A stretch of DNA of 64,000 bases from a bacterium (GTDB lineage: Bacteria; Bacillota; DTU030; JBMNJR01), in the NCBI GenBank assembly GCA_050951765.1, contig JBMNJR010000015.1, forward strand, positions 159,591-223,590, read 5' to 3'. The position numbers and the translations under genes are program-made. Positions 39,095 to 47,898 of this stretch are shown here, piece after piece (within the stretch, counting starts at the first letter, position 1; each line of letters opens with the position of its first letter). The notes under the pieces were generated by a model that was given only the letters and a program-made list of their open reading frames with translations, did no database searches and was not told where the DNA came from.

Positions 39095-40180
39095 TTAGGA
39101 AAGTAGAGCCCGGACTTTTTCTTGTACTTCTGCCGAGGTAATCCCGACCCCTGGGCGCAATAGGGTATATATGGGAACATTGAGCCCGTAAAGCGCTTCT
39201 TTTACTTGGCTTAATAGTTGACCGTAAGCTGATTCTACGACTAAAACTCCTTCGCTTTTTTGGGCAGCTTTACGTATCGGATCTGCGGGAAAAGGCCGCA
39301 TTGTTATGGGGCGAAAATAGCCAATGGGCAGATCCTGCTGCATCAGTTTTTCTTGGGCATCCCTGGTTGCCCGAGAAACCACACCGTGAGCGACTAAGGT
39401 AAGTGTACATTGTTCCGGACCTTTTTCTTCCCATTCAATGATATCAGGTGTGAATTTTTCATAGTCTTTGATATGTTTTTCCAGAACTTCCAACAGTTCT
39501 TCTTCAATACTGTAGGTATTCCGATGGTGGGCGGGCGGCCGATCTTGACCGGGAATACCCGGTTTCAGGACTAATTTTTCGCTGGGAACCAGTTGGATGT
39601 TTCGATCTTGGGGGTTATAAAGAGTGACCGGTTCCCGCATCTTGGCTTGGTAGCCGTCTGCCAGCACAAAGGTGGGAAAGCGGTATTTCCAGGCAGTATT
39701 CATGGCTTTGATGGTGTAATCAAAGAGATCTTGATGGGAAGCGCTGGAATAGACAATCCGTAATCCTTCCCCATTGGCTCCAAAGCAGGTCAATCTGGTT
39801 TCCTGTTGCGAATAGATAACAGTGGCTGTGGAAGGGCCTCCCCGCTGCGTAATGATCCACACAGCAGGAATCCGCATCATCTCTGCCATGGAAATAGACT
39901 CTTGCATTAAGATATTGCCCGGGCCGGCAGTAGCAGAAAAAGCCTTCTTGCCTGTCATAACTCCCCCTAAGGTAGCAAAACCGGCTGAGATTTCATCTTC
40001 TGTCTGTAAAAAACCCTTGTTGAATTTGGGAGCTAAACGGGTCCAATAGTGCATAATTTCATTTTGCGGTGTAATAGGATAACCATACATAATATCAGCC
40101 CCGGCTGCCAGGGCCCCCCAGGCCACAACTTCATTGCCGGTAACAAACATACGCTGTTCTTTGGTAACGATATCTACCAT
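39095..40180 (-). CDS. 2-oxoacid:ferredoxin oxidoreductase alpha subunit
   Basis: about 360 aa alpha subunit (pyrimidine-binding domain) upstream of beta-gamma-delta; substrate (pyruvate / 2-oxoisovalerate / 2-oxoglutarate) not assignable from sequence alone. Confidence 0.9.
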   Translation of the reverse strand: MVDIVTKEQRMFVTGNEVVAWGALAAGADIMYGYPITPQNEIMHYWTRLAPKFNKGFLQTEDEISAGFATLGGVMTGKKAFSATAGPGNILMQESISMAEMMRIPAVWIITQRGGPSTATVIYSQQETRLTCFGANGEGLRIVYSSASHQDLFDYTIKAMNTAWKYRFPTFVLADGYQAKMREPVTLYNPQDRNIQLVPSEKLVLKPGIPGQDRPPAHHRNTYSIEEELLEVLEKHIKDYEKFTPDIIEWEEKGPEQCTLTLVAHGVVSRATRDAQEKLMQQDLPIGYFRPITMRPFPADPIRKAAQKSEGVLVVESAYGQLLSQVKEALYGLNVPIYTLLRPGVGITSAEVQEKVRALLS

Positions 40181-40205
40181 AAATCTCCTTCCTTTCTGCT
40201 TATGC

Positions 40206-40880
40206 TTAAAATAAGGCGGCTTCCATGAAGCGAGTCAATTTATGAATTGGTGTACCGGTGCAGTCAGCCGCCCCAAGCTGCTTTGCTACAGGGGCAAGAG
40301 CGCTGGTCCAGAGGAAAGGGACTCCTAATGCTATTGCGGCTTTTTTAACCAGCAAGGCTCCTGCTTGGACAATGGCCGGGGTTGTTTCCGAGCCGAGATG
40401 TGTATTGTTGATCAGGCCATCCAGTTGGGGGAAGGTTTGTCCATAGGCGATAATATCACTTACCGTGGCAGTCATTGGCCGGGCAATATTTACTACTAAG
40501 TAGACTTTTAATGCTTCGTTTTGCGGCAGGCCTTCAATCAGATTCAAAGCATTAGCTCCACCGACACCATAGCCCACATCGAAAATAATATCCCCCGGAT
40601 GCCGAAGCACTCCTTTGGTTTCCGCTTTGAGCAGGGTGCCGGTTTCCCCGAATCCCAAGGCGTCTTCGCGGCTCCAGGCAATAACCTTAAGTCCTGTAGC
40701 AGTTAATTTTTCTTTCAGCGGTCTGAGGGTGTAAAAGGGTTCCACCAGATCCAAGTCCACTAAGACTACGTTCCGTTGCTGCTCTAAAAAATCTAGGGCA
40801 CGGTTGATAGCATTTTCACTTTTGCCGCTGGCATATTCCCCCACAAAAGCTTCAATAATTCTTGTGGGCAAGGTTAGCAC
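40206..40880 (-). CDS. hypothetical protein with Walker-A-like motif (GEYASGKS), first gene of the OFOR operon
   Basis: 224 aa ORF 25 nt upstream of the alpha subunit; P-loop-like GxxxSGKS; family not recognised. Confidence 0.4.
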   Translation of the reverse strand: MLTLPTRIIEAFVGEYASGKSENAINRALDFLEQQRNVVLVDLDLVEPFYTLRPLKEKLTATGLKVIAWSREDALGFGETGTLLKAETKGVLRHPGDIIFDVGYGVGGANALNLIEGLPQNEALKVYLVVNIARPMTATVSDIIAYGQTFPQLDGLINNTHLGSETTPAIVQAGALLVKKAAIALGVPFLWTSALAPVAKQLGAADCTGTPIHKLTRFMEAALF

Positions 40881-41064
40881 TCCCGCCTGCAGTGTTTTTC
40901 TTTAGTAATTAGGCTAATTAAGTGGTTTTATGCATGGGAGATTAATAATGGATGTGAAATTTTCAAAGGCGTTAGTGAAAGGGAAAGGTGTTATTATTTT
41001 GGGCGGCGAATAGGAAATTTGTGACTTAAATTAATATCGGCAGTTGATAAAGGAGCAGGAAGTA

Positions 41065-43518
41065 ATGAAGAAAAAATCGTCAGCCCATACCCGGCAGCCA
41101 ATCATGGGTGATTTTGGCCTGCATTGTGGTTTTACAAAAAAAACTATAGCAGCACTGTATAGATCCTTAAGCAGGGTTTCTCCTTCCAGGCGGGGGGAAT
41201 TGGTAGACCGATGGCAGCATGTTATGTGCCAAGATGAAGTGAATAATGCCCGCGCCGAAACCCGGAAAAAAAATGCTTTAATCTCCTTGGCTGGAGAATT
41301 GGGTTTTAATAGTTGGGAAATACAACCGCAGCTGTTTTTGTTTGTTCTCCATACATATTTTGCCCTGATAACAAAAATGCTGGCAGCGCCGGTTATTGGC
41401 TTTGCCGAGCATCCCCCTGACCAGCAAAATTTGTTTCCCTGGCTGACGGGGCTAGAGAGACATCCAATTTTCGCCATGCCGGCAGGAGATAGTCAAGGGG
41501 CAGCTCTTTTTACTTGGTATCTGGAAAACTGGACTCCAAAATTAGCTGATGCGCTGGAGGAACTGCTTGCGTATACCCGGTCTTCTTATGTAAACAGGCA
41601 TAACAAACAACAGCTGCCCGGTGATATTTTGCATTATTTGTATCAATCACTCTTTCCGGCGGCTTTACGGCACGGTATGGGTGAGTATTATACACCGGCA
41701 TGGTTAGTAGATTACAGTTATGAATTGTTGGCCCCTAAATTTTTCTCTCCCGACGGAGAGGCAGGTTTATTAGACCCTGCCTGCGGATCCGGCGCTTTTC
41801 TCCTGCCGGCGCTGAAACAGTTATGGCAGGAGGGGCAAGAATTGGGTTTCAGTGCAAGGGAGTTGATTGTCGCCTCCGGCAGGTTGGTGGTAGGAATCGA
41901 TCGGAACCCTTTGGCTGTTTTAGCGGCGCGGGTTAATTATTTATTAGCGATTGCAGCTTACGCACCAGGTATGGCTGCGCATTTTTTACCTCCTGTCTAT
42001 TGGGGGGATAGTATTTTGGCACCACCGCAAGAGTTGGAGGCTAAAGAATTTCAATATATTGTAGGCAATCCGCCTTGGGTTAATTGGGAGGCGTTACCTG
42101 CAGAATATAGAGAAAAAACGAAGCAATTATGGACTGAGCACGGTCTTTTTCAACATCAGGGTTATGATGCCCTGTTGGGCAAAAGTAAGGATGATTTGTC
42201 TATTTTAATAACCTATGTAGTTCTTGAACGCTATCTTCGCCGCGGTGGCACCCTGGCTTTTATTATCACCCAATCTATTTTTCAGACTACCGGTGCAGGG
42301 AGGGGCTTTCGCTCTTTTCAGCTTGGTGATGGAACGCCGATTCAGGTATTGCAAGTGGAAGATCTTAGTTGTATTAAACCGTTTTCCGGAGCCAAGAATC
42401 GCACCGCTATGGTTTTACTGCGAAAGGGAATGCGCACCTGTTACCCGGTTCCCTATATATATTGGCAGCGTCAACCGGGCTTTCCAGCTCCCCGGGAGCA
42501 TGACAGTTTGATCAAGGTAAAAAGGCAGACTCAACGTTTAGCATTGGTAGCCAAGCCTTATTTGCCCACTGACAATGCTTCGCCTTGGTTGACAATCACC
42601 CCGGGGGTTTTACCGGTTATTGAAAAGCTACAGGGTAAGTCTTATTATCAGGCGCGGGAAGGGGTAAATACCGGGGGTGCTAATGGCGTATTTTATTTCG
42701 AGGTCTTGGCACGGGGAAAAGACGGGAAAAAGCTCCTGGTGCGCAATATCACATCTGGCAATAAAAGATCAGTGCCGGCACAGGAAGCATGGTTGGAATC
42801 CGATCTGATTTATCCGGTTCTGCGGGGCCGCAATATTTCCCCTTGGCGAGGAGTACCGGAAGAATGGATCCTACTGACCCATCAAGAAGGGAAAAAGCTG
42901 CAGGCTATTCCCCCGGAGGAACTAGCTAGTGATTACCCAAACACCTTTGCTTATTTAGAGAGCTTTGCTCCCATTTTATATCAGCGGCGAACGCAGGTAG
43001 TCAGAAAACTGATGGAGAAAGGTTTTTATTATTCTCTCTTTGGCATTGGCGACTATACATTTACTCCCTTTAAGGTAGTATGGCATCGGATTGGCACCAA
43101 GATCAAGGCTGCAGTTGTAGGTAGTCTCGATGTTATGCCGCCCCAGCAGGGGTTAATAATACCTAATGACAGCACTGTTTTCGTTCCTTTTACCCAAGCT
43201 GAGGAGGCTTATTACTTCTGCGCATTGCTCAATTCGGCTCCTGCCCAGCTGATCGTGCGCACAACCTCTGTCCTGGCCACCGGAAGTTTTGCCTCACCCC
43301 ATATTTTAACTAAGGTGCCAATCCCCTGTTATCAGTCTAATAATTCTCTGCATAAGGAATTGGCTCACTTAGCCAAAACAGCGACCTCCGTTGCCTGCAA
43401 GGGAGAGAATTGTGAAAAATGGGAGAATGAAATTAACAAACAGGCAGCGGCATTGTGGGGCTTAAGCCACAGTGAATTAGGGGAAATTCAGCGCTGTTTG
43501 CAACAGTTGGGTAGTTAG
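41065..43518 (+). CDS. gamma-class N6-adenine DNA methyltransferase (Eco57I/PglX-like MTase core + TaqI-like C-terminal target-recognition region), no cognate nuclease nearby
   Basis: motif X GEYYTPAWLVDY, motif I LLDPACGSGAFLL, motif IV VGNPPW in gamma-class order; 818 aa with about 420 aa C-terminal non-catalytic region. Confidence 0.8.
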   Translation: MKKKSSAHTRQPIMGDFGLHCGFTKKTIAALYRSLSRVSPSRRGELVDRWQHVMCQDEVNNARAETRKKNALISLAGELGFNSWEIQPQLFLFVLHTYFALITKMLAAPVIGFAEHPPDQQNLFPWLTGLERHPIFAMPAGDSQGAALFTWYLENWTPKLADALEELLAYTRSSYVNRHNKQQLPGDILHYLYQSLFPAALRHGMGEYYTPAWLVDYSYELLAPKFFSPDGEAGLLDPACGSGAFLLPALKQLWQEGQELGFSARELIVASGRLVVGIDRNPLAVLAARVNYLLAIAAYAPGMAAHFLPPVYWGDSILAPPQELEAKEFQYIVGNPPWVNWEALPAEYREKTKQLWTEHGLFQHQGYDALLGKSKDDLSILITYVVLERYLRRGGTLAFIITQSIFQTTGAGRGFRSFQLGDGTPIQVLQVEDLSCIKPFSGAKNRTAMVLLRKGMRTCYPVPYIYWQRQPGFPAPREHDSLIKVKRQTQRLALVAKPYLPTDNASPWLTITPGVLPVIEKLQGKSYYQAREGVNTGGANGVFYFEVLARGKDGKKLLVRNITSGNKRSVPAQEAWLESDLIYPVLRGRNISPWRGVPEEWILLTHQEGKKLQAIPPEELASDYPNTFAYLESFAPILYQRRTQVVRKLMEKGFYYSLFGIGDYTFTPFKVVWHRIGTKIKAAVVGSLDVMPPQQGLIIPNDSTVFVPFTQAEEAYYFCALLNSAPAQLIVRTTSVLATGSFASPHILTKVPIPCYQSNNSLHKELAHLAKTATSVACKGENCEKWENEINKQAAALWGLSHSELGEIQRCLQQLGS

Positions 43519-43519
43519 G

Positions 43520-43925
43520 TTTGGTCCTCACACCGATTCCCGGCACAAGTGTCCAGCACTTATGGCGTCACCCTTGGGGAGGACCTATCACTGCGGTTCC
43601 TTGTCCAGCGGGGTCGTGAGCCCATGGGACCTCTATACTTCTAGGTGCCGGAAGTACCTCTCCACAGCAGGAGACAGTTCTCCTGAACGAGCGCGGCTCG
43701 TTCGGGCAGTGACACAACCCGCCCTTGCGGGCTCAGACATGGTGTCGCTGCTTGTCCTCACTCGCCTGCGTTCTCTTTACTTAGTATCTCAATGCTGTTT
43801 CAGGGTACTTCCGGCACCTGGCAACGAGCTATTGACTGCTGTCTATTGGCAACTGCTACAGCCGCTCGCCGCAAATACGCTTCGCCAGAAGTGCTGACTT
43901 TGGTGCACTCTATCCTTGTTGTGCG
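43520..43925. other. GC-rich non-coding region with nested long-range inverted repeats (candidate structured RNA or recombination/MITE-like element)
   Basis: perfect 15-bp inverted repeat GGTGCCGGAAGTACC (43644-43658) / GGTACTTCCGGCACC (43804-43818); outer 14-bp repeat CAGCACTTATGGCG (43553-43566) / CGCCAGAAGTGCTG (43883-43896); internal hairpins CAGGAGAcagtTCTCCTG, GAACGAGCgcggCTCGTTC, CCCGCccttGCGGG; GC clearly above the flanks; the only ORF has a non-protein-like composition. Confidence 0.5.
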
Positions 43926-43967
43926 CTAATGGGATGGGCAAGCCTATTTTGTAAAGCTGGCGACTGC

Positions 43968-44112
43968 TCTTGGAGGTTAGAAGTTTAGAAGTTGGAAGTT
44001 AGAAAAGAGACTATATAGTTTTAGGTGCTATGCATAACAAAGGAGAAATAAAGAAATCTTTCGCCTTACTGTCTAACCTCGAAACTCTAACTTCTAACTT
44101 CTAACTTCTAGG
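43968..44112. repeat. palindromic element built from tandem heptamers (TAGAAGT x4 ... ACTTCTA x4) around a 60-nt AT-rich loop
   Basis: left arm GGAGGTTAGAAGTTTAGAAGTTGGAAGTTAGAA, right arm CTCTAACTTCTAACTTCTAACTTCTAGGAG; the arms can pair over about 30 bp. Confidence 0.6.
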
Positions 44113-44173
44113 AGAGGGCGCCATGGTCGCCGGAGCCAACGGCAATATTAGGCTAGCACCGGACAATGTATTT

Positions 44174-46621
44174 TCAAGGTAGTGCTGGAGTTTTTTTCGG
44201 TTGAGTTGGTTCTTCATCAATTTGCCACAGCTGTTGTGTACGGATCTGTTGTGCAAATGCAGTCAAGCGCCTGTTTACCAAGTCATTGACAGTACCTGTG
44301 GCGAAGGATTCATTTTCATCCTTATCTCCGGCAGGCAGATCGGTAAGGATCTCTATTCCTTCGCTAATATGGTCAATGGCATATATATGGAATATACCTT
44401 TGGTAACAGCCTCCACAACCTCATCCTTCAGCATGAGGTTTTTGATATTTTGGCGAGGAATGATTACTCCTTGTCTCCCAGTAAACCCTTGAATTTTGCA
44501 GACATAGAAAAACCCTTCAATTTTTTCGTTTACTCCGCCAATAGGTTGTATCTCCCCCCGTTGATTGACAGAACCGGTAACTGCAATGCCCTGACTTAGA
44601 GGAACTCCGGCCAAACTAGAGAGCAGGGCATAAAGCTCAGCACTGGAGGCACTGTCACCTTCAACCCCGTCATATGATTGTTCAAAACAAATTGTGGCGG
44701 AGAGGGTCAACGGTTTATCTTGGGCAAATTTGCCTCCCAAATAGCCGCTCAATATCAAGACGCCTTTATTATGAATTGGCCCACTGAGATCAGACTCCCG
44801 TTCAATATTAATAACACCCTGTTTACCACTATAAGTGCGGGCAGTTATGCGCACGGGCTTGCCAAAGCGATAATCACCCAGATCGAGAACTGAAAGCCCG
44901 TTAATTTGTCCAATTACCTTATCTTTAGTGTCTACAAGAATATCGCCGCGGGCAATTAACTCCCGGATTTTTTCTTCGGTCCGGTTAGAACGATATTCCT
45001 TTGCTTCTAGAGCTTTAACCATATGCATGGGTTCAATTTGTTTGGAACCGTCTGCTTCTGCCCAGGCATTGGCTTCACAGATCATTTCCACTATTTTATT
45101 GAAACGGGCGGTCATTTTCTCCTGGTCACCGGCTAAGCGAGAACTGTAATCGATTAATTGAGCGCAGGCAGCAGCAGTGAAGTGTCTCAGTCCAGCTCGC
45201 CGGCAATATGAAGCAATAAATGCAGCATAATTGCTGATGTTATCGGGAGTGCGGGGCATTTCCGCTCCGAAATCTGCTTTCACTTTAAATAGTGTGGCAA
45301 AGTCCTCGTCAAACTGATAAAGGAGATTATAGATTATGGGACTGCCAATGATAATCACCTTTGTTTCCAGTGGAATCGGTTCCGGCTTGAGACCGGCAGT
45401 AGGAACTAGGCCGTATCTTTCAGCAATATTCTCCATCCTAATTTCCTGGTTCTTTAAGGCTTTTTTCAATGCATCCCAGGAAGCAGGTTGCCGGAGAATA
45501 TCTTCGGCATAAAGGATTAAATAGCCACCATTGGCACGATGCAGGGCACCGGCTTTGATCATGCTAAAATCGGTAAGCATTAATCCCAATTGTCCTTTAT
45601 ATTCGATCTTGCCGATTAAATTATAATAGGTCGGATTTGTTTCGATTACTACCGGTGCTCCCTGTTGTTTGCCATTATCGATGAGGAGGTTAACCTTATA
45701 TTTGTTAAAAGAAGTCTCTTGTTTGGATTTGTTGAAAAGGAAATCCAAAGCATCAAGTTCGTCTTTTTCTTTGCGAAAGGCATTTAAGTTTTCAATAATA
45801 TCATTTTGTACTGCTTCCAGGTATTCAACCACACGCGGAAACGCTTGATACCGGAGTTTAAGATCATCTATGGGATGGCGGACGATAAAATAGCCAATCT
45901 GTTTATCTAATTCCTCTACCTGTGTTTGAGCTTCTTTTTCCAAAAGCCGCAGGCGGCGTCCCAGTTCTTGTAATTTATCCTCCACTTGACGGCTTACGGT
46001 TTCGAATTGTTTCCGTGTTGCTTCATCTAAACCGGCCATTTCTTCCGGTTTCAGTGGCCGATTGTCAACCATGGGAAAAACTATAAAACCTGCCGCAGTT
46101 CTTTGTAACGTAAAGCCGGCTGCTTTGGCTTCCTGTTGGAATTGGTCTATCAGTTCATTGCTTGTCTCTTGGTATTGCTTGATCACCCGCTCTTTACTTT
46201 GTTGGTATTCTTCGCTTTCAAAGATTATTGGTATCCGTTGTTGTAATTCTTCCACCAACACTTCCATATCTTGGGCTAGCGAAGCTCCTACGGTTGGTGG
46301 CAAACGAAGCGAAATAGGTTCATAAGGTTGGGCAAAATTATAAACATAACACCAGTCGTCAGGTGGCGTTTCTTGCAGTGCTTTTTTTGCAATGGCTGTT
46401 TGCGTATAGGTGCTGCGTCCTGTACCAGCAGGACCCACAACAAATATGTTATAATGAGGATTTTTTATGGTCAGTCCGAAAGTTAATGCTTGCACAGCCC
46501 GTTCTTGGCCAAAAATATCGTCAATAGGGATTAATTGTTCTGTGGTATTAAAGGGTAATAGCCTCGGATTTAGTTGGCAGCGCAGTGATTTAGCGGGCAA
46601 AGATGAATAAGCAGTTGACAT
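44174..46621 (-). CDS. Lon-like ATP-dependent protease (AAA+ module + Lon S16 proteolytic domain; COG1067/LonB/BrxL-like)
   Basis: Walker A VVGPAGTGRSTY; C-terminal Lon protease domain with catalytic Ser in GDSASSAE and downstream Lys; 815 aa. Confidence 0.85.
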   Translation of the reverse strand: MSTAYSSLPAKSLRCQLNPRLLPFNTTEQLIPIDDIFGQERAVQALTFGLTIKNPHYNIFVVGPAGTGRSTYTQTAIAKKALQETPPDDWCYVYNFAQPYEPISLRLPPTVGASLAQDMEVLVEELQQRIPIIFESEEYQQSKERVIKQYQETSNELIDQFQQEAKAAGFTLQRTAAGFIVFPMVDNRPLKPEEMAGLDEATRKQFETVSRQVEDKLQELGRRLRLLEKEAQTQVEELDKQIGYFIVRHPIDDLKLRYQAFPRVVEYLEAVQNDIIENLNAFRKEKDELDALDFLFNKSKQETSFNKYKVNLLIDNGKQQGAPVVIETNPTYYNLIGKIEYKGQLGLMLTDFSMIKAGALHRANGGYLILYAEDILRQPASWDALKKALKNQEIRMENIAERYGLVPTAGLKPEPIPLETKVIIIGSPIIYNLLYQFDEDFATLFKVKADFGAEMPRTPDNISNYAAFIASYCRRAGLRHFTAAACAQLIDYSSRLAGDQEKMTARFNKIVEMICEANAWAEADGSKQIEPMHMVKALEAKEYRSNRTEEKIRELIARGDILVDTKDKVIGQINGLSVLDLGDYRFGKPVRITARTYSGKQGVINIERESDLSGPIHNKGVLILSGYLGGKFAQDKPLTLSATICFEQSYDGVEGDSASSAELYALLSSLAGVPLSQGIAVTGSVNQRGEIQPIGGVNEKIEGFFYVCKIQGFTGRQGVIIPRQNIKNLMLKDEVVEAVTKGIFHIYAIDHISEGIEILTDLPAGDKDENESFATGTVNDLVNRRLTAFAQQIRTQQLWQIDEEPTQPKKTPALP

Positions 46622-46797
46622 GTAGATCCTCCCTTAGTTGTATCTTTGTCGGTGCAGAAAATATTTTTCGAATAAGTTTAGTTTTTCACCAACAGTACAA
46701 GGTTATATTTGAAATACTTACCTACAAAAGTGTCTGTATAGCTTTGTCCTAGCTAGGAAAAAGTAGTATAGAGCAAACAATAAAAGGAGGGAAATAC

Positions 46798-47712
46798 ATG
46801 CAAGGCTGGAGGGATTGGTTGGGCAATAAATATAAACATCTATTTTTATCGCTAGTACTTGTTCTAATTGCAGTACAAGCTCTATCCGGTTGCAGTTTGA
46901 CTGAATATTGGAAGCCGCTGGAAAACTCGCCATTGCCTGAACCTGATTACGAGCCTTTGCGATCAGAAATAAAAGATTACATCCAGTCTCAAGGCGGCAG
47001 AATCGGCGTTTATTTTCGTGATGTCCGTTCGGGGGCAAGTTTTGGTATTACTGAGAAAGAACCGATTACTGCCGCCAGCTCTATTAAAGCACCTATTGTC
47101 CTCTATCTTTTTGAACAGGTGGCAGCCGGGAAGCTCAGCTTAGAGGAGAAGATGGATTATCAAGATATAGATTATAGTGCCGGTGCCGGAAACCTGCAGT
47201 TTTTCGCTGCGGAAGGAGCTCGATATTCATTAGGTGTTTTAGCTAACCTGGCGATTACCATTAGTGACAATATTGCTTGGAAAATGTTATTGCGACGCTT
47301 GGGAAAAGATAATGTGGCTAGTTATTTTCGTTCCCTGGGAGGGGAAACCGTATATCCGGAAGGGCAAAACATTTCAACTGCCCGGGATTTAGGGATATAC
47401 ATGCAAGGAATTTTAGATTTTACCGAAAGGGAGCCGGAATTGGGGGAACTTCTTTTAGCTTATATGTCCCATACGATTTTTGATGAAGAGGGGATACCGG
47501 TTGGCGTGCCCGATGGAATAAAAGTAGCCCATAAAGTGGGTACCGTTAACCATGTGGCTGCTGATGTGGGTATTGTTTTCTTAGCGGATCGGCCCTATAT
47601 CTTAACGGTGATGACCGATGGCGTCGGACAAAGCATTGATGACGGGTTTGCTGTGGTAGAAGAAATTTCGGCTAAAGTCTATCGTTATCAAAAGGAAAGC
47701 GTGATTGATTGA
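46798..47712 (+). CDS. class A beta-lactamase-family serine hydrolase (lipoprotein)
   Basis: lipobox LSGCS; SxxK (ASSIK), SDN (ISDNIAW) and KTG-like (HKVGT) motifs. Confidence 0.7.
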   Translation: MQGWRDWLGNKYKHLFLSLVLVLIAVQALSGCSLTEYWKPLENSPLPEPDYEPLRSEIKDYIQSQGGRIGVYFRDVRSGASFGITEKEPITAASSIKAPIVLYLFEQVAAGKLSLEEKMDYQDIDYSAGAGNLQFFAAEGARYSLGVLANLAITISDNIAWKMLLRRLGKDNVASYFRSLGGETVYPEGQNISTARDLGIYMQGILDFTEREPELGELLLAYMSHTIFDEEGIPVGVPDGIKVAHKVGTVNHVAADVGIVFLADRPYILTVMTDGVGQSIDDGFAVVEEISAKVYRYQKESVID

Positions 47713-47898
47713 TAAGCTAGATATAATGGTATTAATGTGGAGTATGGCTGCTAAAGCAATTTTGCAGTTTTATTTTGCATCGCTCATACTTGACTCAACT
47801 GGGGAGGAGATACATTGCTGGCAGCGAATATTTGCTGCATAGTACTTTGATTAATAAGGGATGAGGGGGTGTAGAAAATAACAGCAGAGCACAGCATT

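Noticed and set aside
43562-43897. 111-aa ORF on + inside the GC-rich spacer
   Set aside because: Arg/Ser/Leu/Cys-rich low-complexity translation with no RBS; it is entirely covered by the nested inverted repeats, so it is almost certainly a composition artefact rather than a coding gene.
43968-44112. Possible CRISPR array (tandem repeats)
   Set aside because: Repeat unit is only 7 nt, there are no unique spacers, the arrangement is a palindrome, and no cas genes are nearby.
41065-46621. Complete BREX system (PglX + BrxL)
   Set aside because: No PglZ, BrxC, BrxA or BrxB in the window; the MTase is about 400 aa shorter than PglX; the genes are convergent. Kept only as a hypothesis of a remnant or atypical module.
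47740-47830. Sigma-54 promoter (TGGCAG...TTGCT) upstream of buk
   Set aside because: GG-to-GC spacing is 12 nt rather than 10, and no enhancer-binding-protein gene is adjacent.
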